Shown here: positions 20,349-29,832 of the stretch, in pieces
How positions within the stretch are numbered: position 1 is the first letter of the stretch
How the letters are laid out: each line of letters starts with the position of its first letter
NCBI GenBank assembly: GCA_963676395.1
Contig: OY781066.1
Span: 1,216,001 to 1,280,000, forward strand
Source of the DNA: a bacterium
Lineage (GTDB): Bacteria; Fidelibacterota; Fidelibacteria; Fidelibacterales; Fidelibacteraceae
DNA: 64,000 nucleotides
Reading direction: 5' to 3'
The notes under the pieces: generated by a model
What the model was told of the DNA's origin: nothing
Database searches by the model: none
The model's input: the letters and a program-made list of their open reading frames with translations, nothing else
Translations under genes and position numbers: made by a program

Positions 20349-21896
20349 ATGATCAAAGCAAGTGTAATTCTTCATTACTGTAAAGACAAAGAATTCAGTG
20401 AAGAACACCTAAAAGCTCAGGTTGATGGTTTAGCCGGTCAAACCTGTGGCGATATTGAAACTATCGTAATTTCATGTGATCCTAAAGAAGCTGTAGAAAA
20501 ATTTGCCGCTCTTGAACCAAAAACTGTTGAAAGTAAACATGATTATGCTGTAGATATGAACGCAGCATTGTCTCTTGCAACAGCGGAATGGATCCTTTTG
20601 ATAGATAATCGTGATAATCCTGTTATGATGAAAAAAGCAGCAATTGATGGTTTCCTGCTTGGAGTGGAACGTCAAGAAGATGCCGGTCTTTTTTATACAT
20701 CATATGAACTTGAAGATGGCGGCGAAGTAAAAGAAATTCATCTTCTAGATCATCATATTGGTCGTGTTCGTGATAACCAAGATTACGGAAAAGTATTTTT
20801 TGTTAAAAAAGCCGCTCTGGAAGCGATTGGCGGTTTTGACGAATCTGTAAAATATAATCAACTATATGATATGAGACTTAAGGTCTCAGAAAAAAACAAA
20901 TTGTATCGTATTGCCAACCGTTACAGCGGTTCTTTTTACAAAGTTGTTGCCGCAGGCAAGAAAGCGGATGTATTTGATTATTTGAAAGCAGGAAAAGACA
21001 TTCAGCTTGAAGCTGAAAAAGTCGTGACAGAACACTTAAAACGCATTGGTGCTTATATGGCTCCCGGTGTTTTAATGCCTCGCAAAGAAGAACATGAAGA
21101 TGTATCTACTTTAAAAGCAACGGTGATCATTCCTGTTGGTAATCGTCCTGAATTTATCGGTTCTGCGATCGAAAGTGTACAGCGCCAAACCGTTCAAGAC
21201 ATTGAAGTTCTTGTCATGGTAAACGGTGGTGATGATGATCCTACTTCAGATGTTGTTCGTCAATATATGGAAGGTGGCGATAAATTTGATGCTGCTAAAC
21301 CTGATGTTCGTTTGGTTGTGCTTGATATTAATTCTATTGGTATGTGCTTGAACCTCGGTTCAAAAATGGCTCGCGGTAAATATTATGTACAGTTGGATTC
21401 GGACGATCAATTGATAGAAGATGCTGTAGAAAAAGTATTGGCTGTTTACGAAAGTGATCCTGAGATTGGTATGGTTATCGGATCTTATGAAGTTTGGGAA
21501 AAACATGCAGATGGCTCTATCACTCGCGTAGATGATATTCCGGTTGTAACACATGACGAATGGACAGACGACAATGGCCGTAATAACCTACTTCGTATCA
21601 ACGGTGCCGGCGCTCCTCGCACAGCTCGTATTGAAGTGATCAAGAATGCCGGTTATTTCAGTATCAATGATGATCCTTATGCACGTAACTATGGTGAAGA
21701 TTACGAATTGGTTGGTAAAATCGCCGACATGTATAAAATCGGTCGTGTTTGGGATCCTATTTACAAAGTTGTTCGTCATGCCGGTGGTACAGACCATAGC
21801 ATCGACCAGAACACGGTAGATCGTAATGACAATGCTAAAGATTGGGTTCGTATGGAAGCTATCTTGCGTCGTCAGAAATTTAATGCCAATCGGTAA
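20349..21896 (+). CDS. Two-domain family 2 glycosyltransferase
   Basis: C-terminal GT2 with TVIIPV, AIESV, YYVQLDSDD, NGAGAPR and YGEDY, preceded by a degenerate N-terminal GT-A domain. Confidence 0.88.
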   Translation: MIKASVILHYCKDKEFSEEHLKAQVDGLAGQTCGDIETIVISCDPKEAVEKFAALEPKTVESKHDYAVDMNAALSLATAEWILLIDNRDNPVMMKKAAIDGFLLGVERQEDAGLFYTSYELEDGGEVKEIHLLDHHIGRVRDNQDYGKVFFVKKAALEAIGGFDESVKYNQLYDMRLKVSEKNKLYRIANRYSGSFYKVVAAGKKADVFDYLKAGKDIQLEAEKVVTEHLKRIGAYMAPGVLMPRKEEHEDVSTLKATVIIPVGNRPEFIGSAIESVQRQTVQDIEVLVMVNGGDDDPTSDVVRQYMEGGDKFDAAKPDVRLVVLDINSIGMCLNLGSKMARGKYYVQLDSDDQLIEDAVEKVLAVYESDPEIGMVIGSYEVWEKHADGSITRVDDIPVVTHDEWTDDNGRNNLLRINGAGAPRTARIEVIKNAGYFSINDDPYARNYGEDYELVGKIADMYKIGRVWDPIYKVVRHAGGTDHSIDQNTVDRNDNAKDWVRMEAILRRQKFNANR

Positions 21897-21936
21897 TCGG
21901 TGATCGGTAATCGGTAGCCTGTAATCAGTGATTGGA
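21888..21936 (+). repeat. Heptamer tandem repeat (RATCGGT)n
   Basis: aatcggt aatcggt gatcggt aatcggt agcctgt aatcagt gattgga. The repeat supplies the GT2 stop codon. Confidence 0.8.
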
Positions 21937-21949
21937 AAATATATCGCAG

Positions 21950-22006
21950 GGGCTCGACACCTGTCCATCGTAGCTTTAGCGAAGATGGATGTCGAGCCCT
22001 TTTTTT
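21950..22006 (+). terminator. Intrinsic terminator with a nested hairpin in its loop
   Basis: GGGCTCGACA...TGTCGAGCCC followed by T7. The loop contains TCCATC-GTAGCTTTAGCGAA-GATGGA. Confidence 0.75.
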
Positions 22007-22027
22007 GTTTTTCAATTAACTACATTG

Positions 22028-22045
22028 GGCGATTCGTGAATCGCC
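22028..22045. repeat. REP-like palindrome
   Basis: GGCGATTC-GT-GAATCGCC followed by AGTAC, a degenerate CTAC end. Confidence 0.55.
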
Positions 22046-22084
22046 AGTACAGATTCAGGATTTGAAGATTAAATGTGTTATCAA

Positions 22085-22218
22085 TTGCCCCTAGCTTTAG
22101 CTGGGGGAAAGAGAATCCCATGAACGCGGGCTTTAGTCCGGAAATTATTACACCAATTTTATTCTGGACTAAAGTCCGAATGAGAGAAATCGCAACCACG
22201 GGCTGAAGCTCATGGAAA
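22085..22218. repeat. REPIN/MITE-like nested palindromic element
   Basis: Outer hairpins CCCCTAGC-TTTA-GCTGGGG and CCACGGGC-TGAA-GCTCATGG flank the inner inverted pair GGGCTTTAGTCCGGAA...TTCTGGACTAAAGTCC. Confidence 0.6.
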
Positions 22219-22310
22219 TTAATGTTACGGAGAGCTATTAAATCTCAGAATAAATCTTTTTTTTATAAATATTGCAGTAAATTATTATGCTCGTTAAATC
22301 GAAAGGGCTA

Positions 22311-22922
22311 ATGATGAATAAGAAAATACTATTATTGATTTTACTGCTTTGTGTAACATTTGTTTTTGCAGCTGAGTATTCGGTTGAATTTTCATTATTA
22401 TCTGGAGTACAAAGAATGCGATCAGATAATTTAGCTTTTAATTTTCATGATTATCATGAAGGAGCCGAACCTGAATTATTGAATCATAATAAATTGTTTT
22501 TCAAACCCGGTGTTGCAATATTTTATAAAAGTACTGGTTTGTATATTAGCACATCGAATCCTTTGGGACATTATTACTTTAATAGATATTGGATGTTTTC
22601 GGGTGGTTTAAAACAAAGTTTTAGTATTTCGGAAAAATCATCACTTGGTATTCATGTTGGTAGCACTTGGCATAGTGTTGATGCAGCAATACACTCTTTT
22701 TTAGAATTTTTTACTAGTGTTAAATATACCTCCTTGCCGGGATTGGATGTGGGAATTGAATATAAACACAAAGTTCTTGAAAGTGTAAGTATAGTTTTAG
22801 GTATTAATTATAATTACAACAAGCAATACTCAACGATTGGTGGGCCAATATATATTGAGGATCCTCAGTTCTATTTTCAAACCATATCACTTAATGCGGG
22901 TATAAGTTACACACTGTTTTAA
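22311..22922 (+). CDS. Hypothetical outer-membrane beta-barrel protein
   Basis: Signal peptide, alternating aromatic beta-strands and terminal GISYTLF beta-signal. Start likely ATG 22311 or 22314. Confidence 0.6.
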   Translation: MMNKKILLLILLLCVTFVFAAEYSVEFSLLSGVQRMRSDNLAFNFHDYHEGAEPELLNHNKLFFKPGVAIFYKSTGLYISTSNPLGHYYFNRYWMFSGGLKQSFSISEKSSLGIHVGSTWHSVDAAIHSFLEFFTSVKYTSLPGLDVGIEYKHKVLESVSIVLGINYNYNKQYSTIGGPIYIEDPQFYFQTISLNAGISYTLF

Positions 22923-23019
22923 ATTAATCTGTTCAATAGCCTTGGGTAATTAGAAGCGAGAACCCTTACTACATCCGTCGATCGACGAACGCAGTAGGTC
23001 AGGTAGGTCATTTACCGGC

Positions 23020-23047
23020 GTAAGGAACGGTCTAGACCGTTCCCTAC
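23020..23047. repeat. GTAG-type REP-like palindrome
   Basis: GTAAGGAACGGTCTAGACCGTTCCCTAC is a near-perfect palindrome with GTA(G)/CTAC ends. Confidence 0.65.
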
Positions 23048-23169
23048 AAATATTAGATTCTGAATCAAAATAGGATGACGGATAATAGCATACTAGTTAA
23101 CCAGATCTTATCCCGTATATCCCCTAATCCCGTCTAAATAAATATCCCGTCTAAATCTCAATTGACAAA

Positions 23170-23200
23170 TTGCATTTATACTGAAATCATTGTACCTTTA
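23170..23200 (+). promoter_or_regulatory. Putative promoter of the ROK-like/PSP1 operon
   Basis: TTGCAT-N17-TACCTTTA with a TG extension. Confidence 0.5.
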
Positions 23201-23239
23201 CGGGATATTTTTAGGTAAATAAACGATAATGGAGATAAA

Positions 23240-24433
23240 ATGTCAAAAACACTACTGATCGGTATCGACGGAGGAGCATCAAAGGTAAGCGGATGGACAA
23301 CCGTCATTAACGAAGACAATACATTTAATTTGGGTGAACTTAATGTGGTTAAAGAGTATCGCCATTATAAAGAGCACATGCCTTCATTTAAACCTGTAAA
23401 TATTTTGGTTCAATTGGGTGAAATGAATGAAAACGATATTGATCTTACTCCGGAAGAACAATTACACGGAAAATCATATATGTATGCCACAGCTGATGTT
23501 ATCATTGAGTTGGCGGAAAAAGTTGGTGCAGACAGAGTGATGGTAGGTATTGGTATGCCGGGTTTGAAATCTGCTGATAAGCGCGGTATCGTTGCTTTGG
23601 CAAATGGCCCGCGTATGCCGGAATACTGTAAAATCGTTGAAGCTCGTGTAGAAGAAGCTGGGATTAAAATGGAAAAACCAATTCATCATCTAGGATCTGA
23701 TGCGGATTATTGTGGGATTGGTGAGGAATACAGTTCAAACGGTTTATTTTCAAATGCGGAAAATTCATATTATTTAGGTGGTGGCACCGGCGTTGCGGAT
23801 GCTATGAAGCTTAAGGGTGAATTGTTACCTTTTGACAATGCAAAAACTTGGATCGCAAAAGCATGGGAAATGAAAAACAGTGAAGGTAAATCAATGGAAC
23901 GCTTTGCTTCTTCAAGCGGTATCCAAGCGATCTATTCTGAATTTTCGGGAGTTAGTGTAGCCGAACTTAATGCTACAGATATATATCCTCCTCAGATCAT
24001 GGCCTTATTTGATGAAGATGCCAATGCAAAAAGAACCTTTAATGATGTTGCATACAATATTGCAAAATTGCTCTTTGAACGCATTGTAACCATTTACAGC
24101 GGTTGGCATCACTTTTTTGAATTTGTAAATTCAAACCGTGCTGATTTGAGTGAAAAACATTCTTACAGAAACACACTGCTTGATAGTATTATCATCGGTC
24201 AAAGACTAGGTGATCTTCTTGAGGCATCTAAAGGAAAAGGCGTTTTCTTTGAACCTTGTATGGAGTTTTTAACAAAGTTTATTGTGGAATCTCCTTATCT
24301 TGATGCAAAATTTAAGAATCATTATTTGAAAGATGAAAAATTCAATGAAGATCTTATTTTGACTTCAAATCTTCGTGAAGCTCCGGCTATCGGCGCAGGT
24401 GTTGATGCCTATTTAACCTATCAGGGAGAATAA
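23240..24433 (+). CDS. Divergent ROK/ASKHA-fold sugar-kinase-like protein
   Basis: IGIDGGASK phosphate-1 loop, VGIGMPG, GSDAD...GE, GGGTGV, ERFASSSG and AIGAG. Lacks the ROK Zn-binding cysteines. Confidence 0.65.
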   Translation: MSKTLLIGIDGGASKVSGWTTVINEDNTFNLGELNVVKEYRHYKEHMPSFKPVNILVQLGEMNENDIDLTPEEQLHGKSYMYATADVIIELAEKVGADRVMVGIGMPGLKSADKRGIVALANGPRMPEYCKIVEARVEEAGIKMEKPIHHLGSDADYCGIGEEYSSNGLFSNAENSYYLGGGTGVADAMKLKGELLPFDNAKTWIAKAWEMKNSEGKSMERFASSSGIQAIYSEFSGVSVAELNATDIYPPQIMALFDEDANAKRTFNDVAYNIAKLLFERIVTIYSGWHHFFEFVNSNRADLSEKHSYRNTLLDSIIIGQRLGDLLEASKGKGVFFEPCMEFLTKFIVESPYLDAKFKNHYLKDEKFNEDLILTSNLREAPAIGAGVDAYLTYQGE

Positions 24434-24436
24434 ACC

Positions 24437-25333
24437 ATCAGCGAGCAATTAATTAAATTATCCTTCAAGGGAAACCGGAAGGAGTATTATAAAAACCCAT
24501 TGAATTTTCCTGTGGTTAAAGGCGATTATCTTATCGTTGAAACCGACAAAGGTTATGATATGGGGGAAGTTACGGCTGTAACGGATACATTTGAACCGAA
24601 AATCAATATATCACAATTTGAGATCATTCGCAAAGCGGTCAGAAACGATTTTAATATTCTTGAAAAAAATCGAGAGGATGAAAAACGTATTCTTGCCGAA
24701 AGTAAGACTAAAATCAAAGAATTGGGACTGGTTATGAAACTAATGGATGTTGAATACCAGTTAGATAAAAAGAAATTATCTTTTTATTATACCGCCGAAG
24801 AACGAGTTGATTTTAGAGAGTTGGTTCGAATCCTGGCAGGTATGTTCAGGACAAGAATCGAAATGCGTCAGATTGGCGTCCGCGATGAAACAAAGCGTCT
24901 TTGCGGGGTCGGATCCTGTGGTATGCCTTTATGTTGTGGTGCATTTCTTGAAAATTTTGACCCTGTGAGTACGCAAGTAGCCAAAGATCAAAGTTTACCG
25001 ATGAATCCGGTAAAGCTGAGTGGTCAATGCGGAAAGCTTAAATGTTGCTTGCTTTACGAACATGGTTTTTATGTTGATGAATTACAAAAACACCCGCCGG
25101 TTGGTGAACCCTTGATCAAGGATAAACGAAAAGGTTATATCCAGAAGGTTGATATTTTTACCGGTATTGTGACGTGTGATTTCGAAGATGATACCAGAGA
25201 ATTCATTCCTTTGGATGAGCTAAAAATATACTTGGCAGAAGCTCAGAAAAAAGGATTAAAGAAATTGACAAATGTGCTGAATGATCTAATGCATCATGAA
25301 GCACATGAAATGAAGAAAATTGAAGATAAGTAA
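24437..25333 (+). CDS. ricT: PSP1/RicT (YaaT) family regulatory Fe-S protein
   Basis: RVDFRELV, RIEMRQIGVRDE, GSCG-x-x-LCC and KLSGQCGKLKCCL-x-YE. The frame extends upstream through FKGNRKEYY to ATC 24437, behind a GGAG SD. Confidence 0.92.
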   Translation: MSEQLIKLSFKGNRKEYYKNPLNFPVVKGDYLIVETDKGYDMGEVTAVTDTFEPKINISQFEIIRKAVRNDFNILEKNREDEKRILAESKTKIKELGLVMKLMDVEYQLDKKKLSFYYTAEERVDFRELVRILAGMFRTRIEMRQIGVRDETKRLCGVGSCGMPLCCGAFLENFDPVSTQVAKDQSLPMNPVKLSGQCGKLKCCLLYEHGFYVDELQKHPPVGEPLIKDKRKGYIQKVDIFTGIVTCDFEDDTREFIPLDELKIYLAEAQKKGLKKLTNVLNDLMHHEAHEMKKIEDK

Positions 25334-25361
25334 GGAAAATATAAAAAAATATAGATTTAAG

Positions 25362-25392
25362 AACGGAGCCAAAAAGGCTCCGTTTCTTTTTT
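25362..25392 (+). terminator. Intrinsic terminator
   Basis: AACGGAGCC-AAAAA-GGCTCCGTT followed by a T-rich tail. Confidence 0.85.
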
Positions 25393-25427
25393 CTTTTTAC
25401 TTTCGTCTTTATTCTTTAATTTAATTC

Positions 25428-26012
25428 ATGTTAAGCATTGGACTAAGCGGCGGATTGGGATCGGGAAAATCTTTTGCGACGAAGATCTTTTATGAGCAGG
25501 GCGCAAACATCCTGAATGCCGATGATATAGCTAAAAATCTTATTCGAGTAAAACCTGAATTGATAGACCAAATTAAACATGAATTTGGTGATGATTGTTA
25601 TCTGGATGGTGAACTGCAAAATACTATTCTTGCCGAGCGAGCATTTAAGTCCCCGGAATCTCTTTCAAGACTAAATGCGATTTCTCATCCTGCATTAAGA
25701 AAGCATTTAGAAAAATATATCCAAGCTTTTAAACCGGTGCCCGGGGTTTTAATAATTGAGGTTGCAATTTTATATGAAGCCGGGTTTGAAGATATATTTG
25801 ATAAAATATTATTGGTTACGGCTGATGAAAACGTACGATTACAGCGAGCTCTGGCAAGAGGTAAGATCAGCGAGAAAAGCATTCGGGAACGCATGGCACT
25901 ACAGATGCCCGAATATGAAAAGCGAAAGATCGCAGATTATATCATAGAGAATAATGGGGATGAAGACGAATTAAGAGAGAAGTGCCTGGAGGTCTGGAAA
26001 GTTTTTAAATAA
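25428..26012 (+). CDS. coaE: Dephospho-CoA kinase
   Basis: IGLSGGLGSGKS, ADDIAK, LNAISHP, LYEAG and ADYIIENNG. Confidence 0.95.
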   Translation: MLSIGLSGGLGSGKSFATKIFYEQGANILNADDIAKNLIRVKPELIDQIKHEFGDDCYLDGELQNTILAERAFKSPESLSRLNAISHPALRKHLEKYIQAFKPVPGVLIIEVAILYEAGFEDIFDKILLVTADENVRLQRALARGKISEKSIRERMALQMPEYEKRKIADYIIENNGDEDELREKCLEVWKVFK

Positions 26013-26026
26013 CAATTAATACAAAA

Positions 26027-26060
26027 ATTGTACCGAAGCAAAGTATTGCGTCGGTACAAT
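26027..26060. terminator. Hairpin between convergent genes
   Basis: ATTGTACCGA...TCGGTACAAT, preceded by an A-run (U-tract on the minus strand). Confidence 0.7.
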
Positions 26061-26075
26061 GCTATATGTATTTAA

Positions 26076-27758
26076 TTATGTTTTTTCAGCATTTTTGCCA
26101 AAAACAAAGATCAGGGCAAGTACAGCCAATACGCCAATGACTAATGAAAAATACACAGGTAAACCAAGTGCCGAGGGGATAAGACAACCTAAAATGCTGA
26201 TACCTGCGACGGGAAGAGCATAACCAAGTTGAGTATTAACATGTGCAATATGATCGCATCCGGCTCCCATAGATGAGAGAATGGTTGTATCTGAAATGGG
26301 CGAACAATGGTCGCCAAAAATAGCTCCTGTTAAAACAGCTCCAATATTCATGTATAAAAATGCGGGTTCCGGTGAAACGGCATAGGCTAGAGGAATGGCT
26401 AAAGGCATAAGAATTCCCATAGTGCCATATGAGGTTCCTGTTGCAAAAGAGATCAAGGCACCTAGTATAAATATTATTGTTGATAGCAAAAATGGCGGTA
26501 TTTGTCCCGAAATAACCCCCACCAAAAAATCAGCGGTACCAAGTTTTCCGATTACTCCACTAAGTGACCAAGCGAGGATGAGGATGGTTACTGTAATGAC
26601 CATAGTACCGGCACCCTTAATCCAGGTGTTTACGGCATCTTTGAGAGAGTAAATCTTTTGTTTCCATCCCATGAATATAGCTATAAGTGACGCAAGTACC
26701 GCTGCTTGTGTTAAGGCAATACTGGCATTGGATTCTGCAAAACACTCACGAAGAAAGGCAAAGGAAAACCCAGATTGCAGAATTGCAATTTGTTGAAGGC
26801 TATCACCGGTCATTATATTTTGATAGCCATTATAGAATAATGCGGCAAAAGCCCCGATGATAAGTGTAAGGACAGGTACAAGAGCGTTGGATATTTTTAA
26901 ATTGTTTTTGTCGGCGACCTCTAGCTTTTCAGTGTCTACGGCAGACATGACATTGGCATCATCAGCGTGGACTTTTCCTTCAAGACGTGCCCGTTGCTCT
27001 GCTTTAAGCATGGGACCAAAATCTCTTCGTGATTTTGCTGAGATAAATATAAATACAAGGATCAATAGGGAATAATAACGATAGGGAATGGTATTGATGA
27101 AAACCGAATAAGCATTCGCTTCTATACCCAACGCCATATAACCTTGTTTGATTAAACCCAGTTCATATCCGATCCAAGTTGAGATCAGGGCGATATCGGC
27201 AATGGGTGCGGCAGTGGAATCAATAATAAATGCCAGTTTTTCGCGAGAGACTTTCATCTTGTCAGTCACGGGACGCATAATGGGACCAACCGTAAGCAGG
27301 TTTGCATAATCGTCAAAGAAAATAAATATACCCATTAGCCAAGTATAGATCTGAGCCGAAGCGGCAGATTTTGCAGATTTAGATAATTTTTCAGCAATGG
27401 CACGAGTGCCGCCCATAACTGCAACTAAAGCGATCAATCCACCAATGGTAAAGGTTTGCACAACAATACCTGCATTCCAGGAGTCCGAAAGGGCTACAAC
27501 AAATTCTTGTGTCATCAAAACAAATCCACGGATGATTGCAGTCAGCTTTGGACCTGTTTGGAGTACAATCATATAGGCACCGGAAAAAATCCCAATAAAA
27601 AGTGAAACAACTACATTTCGTGTAACAAAAGCCAGGGTAATGGCGATAAGAGGAGGCATAATGCTCCATAATTGCCAGCCATCGCTGTAATGAGGTGCCA
27701 AGATTGGCATGAGAATTAGAAATAGGAGCAGAATGATCAAGGTCAGGATTCGTTTCAT
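26076..27758 (-). CDS. Na+/H+ antiporter NhaC family protein
   Basis: IFFDDYAN, SREKLAFIIDSTAAP, FATGTSYGT and FGDHCSPISDTT. Confidence 0.92.
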   Translation of the reverse strand: MKRILTLIILLLFLILMPILAPHYSDGWQLWSIMPPLIAITLAFVTRNVVVSLFIGIFSGAYMIVLQTGPKLTAIIRGFVLMTQEFVVALSDSWNAGIVVQTFTIGGLIALVAVMGGTRAIAEKLSKSAKSAASAQIYTWLMGIFIFFDDYANLLTVGPIMRPVTDKMKVSREKLAFIIDSTAAPIADIALISTWIGYELGLIKQGYMALGIEANAYSVFINTIPYRYYSLLILVFIFISAKSRRDFGPMLKAEQRARLEGKVHADDANVMSAVDTEKLEVADKNNLKISNALVPVLTLIIGAFAALFYNGYQNIMTGDSLQQIAILQSGFSFAFLRECFAESNASIALTQAAVLASLIAIFMGWKQKIYSLKDAVNTWIKGAGTMVITVTILILAWSLSGVIGKLGTADFLVGVISGQIPPFLLSTIIFILGALISFATGTSYGTMGILMPLAIPLAYAVSPEPAFLYMNIGAVLTGAIFGDHCSPISDTTILSSMGAGCDHIAHVNTQLGYALPVAGISILGCLIPSALGLPVYFSLVIGVLAVLALIFVFGKNAEKT

Positions 27759-27759
27759 A

Positions 27760-29595
27760 TTATTTTACCAGTATGAGTTTTTGAGTATCCTTTAAATTGC
27801 CATTTACAGAAAGTGAACATATATAAATTCCGGCAGGGAATAATGAGGCATCCCAAATTATTTCATGTTTGCCTTTTTCGACATAGCCATTGAATACTTT
27901 ATTGACCAGTTTTCCATGTATGTTATATATGTTGATAACAGAGTAACCCCTTTCTTCATACTCCATACATAATTTTGTTGATGGATTAAAAGGATTGGGA
28001 TAAGCCTGTATCATATCAAAGTTTTCCGGTGTGCTGCTTTCAAGTGAGGTTAATACCTTAGGTCGTGTAACTTGGATGTCATCAATCGTTATATAGCCAT
28101 CGGATTGATCATAAAAAAATCCAAGATATACATTTTGATTTTTATAGGGTCTTAGAGAATAGCTATATTCGTTCCAGTTTGAATTGGTTGGGGAAATTGT
28201 ACCTAGTAAATGTGAAAATGAAGAACGGTTAGTGTCTGTAGTGGAAAGATAAATCGAGCATTGTCTTCCCGAATTAAGCATATATGCCCACATGCTTAGC
28301 ATAGAATTGTTGTGGTTTGGAACTTGAAATTTAGGTGAGATCACCCATTGTTCATTTCCGTCAAATCCATAGGACATTTCACCGCTTCTTGCAAGATCGT
28401 AGCCACTTTGATCGGCATAAAATCCTCCACCATCATATATCCAGCCGGCCTCCAATCCCTCAAATCCTGTATGGAGATAACGAGTTAGATCGTCGTTGTT
28501 TGCTTGGATATTAAAAATACCTGCTTGATAATCAGAAAAATCATAACCGCTGGTTGCCTGGAGATATGATAAAGAAAACCACCCGTTATAAGCGCCGCCC
28601 CAACCCCAATTGACATGATATTTAGTTCCACTGTCGGTATTGTAACCATCAAGTATGAAGGCATGTCCACCATCACCTTGACCTCTATAAGGTATGGGCC
28701 TTCCCGCATTGAGTTCTGATTTAAGCAGAGCATCCCATTCACTGCTTGTATAGTTGACCTTTTCTTTTAATTCCATGGATGGCGAATAATCAAAATGTGA
28801 TTTTAATGCGAACATCATATCTTCATAGGCCGAGGAAGAAGCGCCCGGTTGGAACTCCATTTCTACAGACGTTGCGCATTGTAGCAAGAATTTAGAAACA
28901 TCTTCTTTTTGATCCATAGGAACGGTTAAATATCCATATTCATCACAAAGTGAATCGGGCATATTATCATAATCATATTCTGAAGTATCGTAATCTGCAA
29001 ACATATGTGTGTTGGTTGTTTCACTATAATACCAACGTTTACCATACCCTCGACTGGGATGTTGGTAATAATTCATGATCTGCCCCATGACAACAGCAAC
29101 ACAACCGACTAAGGCTTTTTCATCAGAGTGCCCCGGGAGTACAAAATTGGGAAACTTTGAGTTATAATGAGGTGATTGATTCCAAAAAGATGTGATTAGC
29201 GGGCTTACATCTGCATGAACATTGGTTTTTTGGAGTGAGGGATTTTCGCTATAGTTCCAGTCGCTGTGAGTATTGGTATATGAATCAGATACATGATCCA
29301 TTTGAAGATTATAATACTTGCATTGTTCTTGAAAAGCCGGGTTTTCGCCTTTGGCGGCATTCTTGAGAGAGTAAGCAAGAATAGCGGGAAAACGATCATC
29401 GTTTGAAGTTAATACAAACCCTTTGTTTTTGAAATGTGTTAACAAGAGACCATCTCCGATCTTCTCACTAGAAGAGATGATCTTGTTTGGGAAATGATAT
29501 TTTATCAATGAATGTAGTTGTTCTCGATCAACAGTTTTGGCAAATAAAAGAGATGTAATGCCAAGCAGACATAGGATAATGTAAATTTTTTTCAT
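27760..29595 (-). CDS. C10 (streptopain-family) cysteine protease with propeptide, adhesin-like domain and T9SS-type C-terminal domain
   Basis: WNQ-x-P-x-YN, GCVA (catalytic Cys), GHAFILDGY (catalytic His), HVNWGWGG, ISP...IDDI domain and YPNPFNP...WDA...GIY C-terminus. Start at MKKIY (29595). Confidence 0.92.
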   Translation of the reverse strand: MKKIYIILCLLGITSLLFAKTVDREQLHSLIKYHFPNKIISSSEKIGDGLLLTHFKNKGFVLTSNDDRFPAILAYSLKNAAKGENPAFQEQCKYYNLQMDHVSDSYTNTHSDWNYSENPSLQKTNVHADVSPLITSFWNQSPHYNSKFPNFVLPGHSDEKALVGCVAVVMGQIMNYYQHPSRGYGKRWYYSETTNTHMFADYDTSEYDYDNMPDSLCDEYGYLTVPMDQKEDVSKFLLQCATSVEMEFQPGASSSAYEDMMFALKSHFDYSPSMELKEKVNYTSSEWDALLKSELNAGRPIPYRGQGDGGHAFILDGYNTDSGTKYHVNWGWGGAYNGWFSLSYLQATSGYDFSDYQAGIFNIQANNDDLTRYLHTGFEGLEAGWIYDGGGFYADQSGYDLARSGEMSYGFDGNEQWVISPKFQVPNHNNSMLSMWAYMLNSGRQCSIYLSTTDTNRSSFSHLLGTISPTNSNWNEYSYSLRPYKNQNVYLGFFYDQSDGYITIDDIQVTRPKVLTSLESSTPENFDMIQAYPNPFNPSTKLCMEYEERGYSVINIYNIHGKLVNKVFNGYVEKGKHEIIWDASLFPAGIYICSLSVNGNLKDTQKLILVK

Positions 29596-29832
29596 ATTTA
29601 GACCTCGTTTCAGGTTAAATAAGTTAAGTCGAATATAAAATGTATACAATTGAAAATTGTTTTTGTTTTAAATTTTATATACTAAGAATGATTATTTCGG
29701 TAACCATAATTATTGTTTTTTGCATTAGATATTATGTGGATAATACTCTGCTTTAAACGTGTTGTGCATAAAAATTTGCACATTTACAGCTTAAATTCAA
29801 GGCTATTGACAAGATTTTGATTATATTTTTTC

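Noticed and set aside
21588..21968. 126-aa ORF with PITD-x-RL repeats
   Set aside because: The repeats are just the translated heptamer array, and the rest is antisense to the GT2 gene.
21888..23160. CRISPR array or integron attC array
   Set aside because: Repeats are heterogeneous with no constant repeat-spacer period, and no cas or integrase gene is present.
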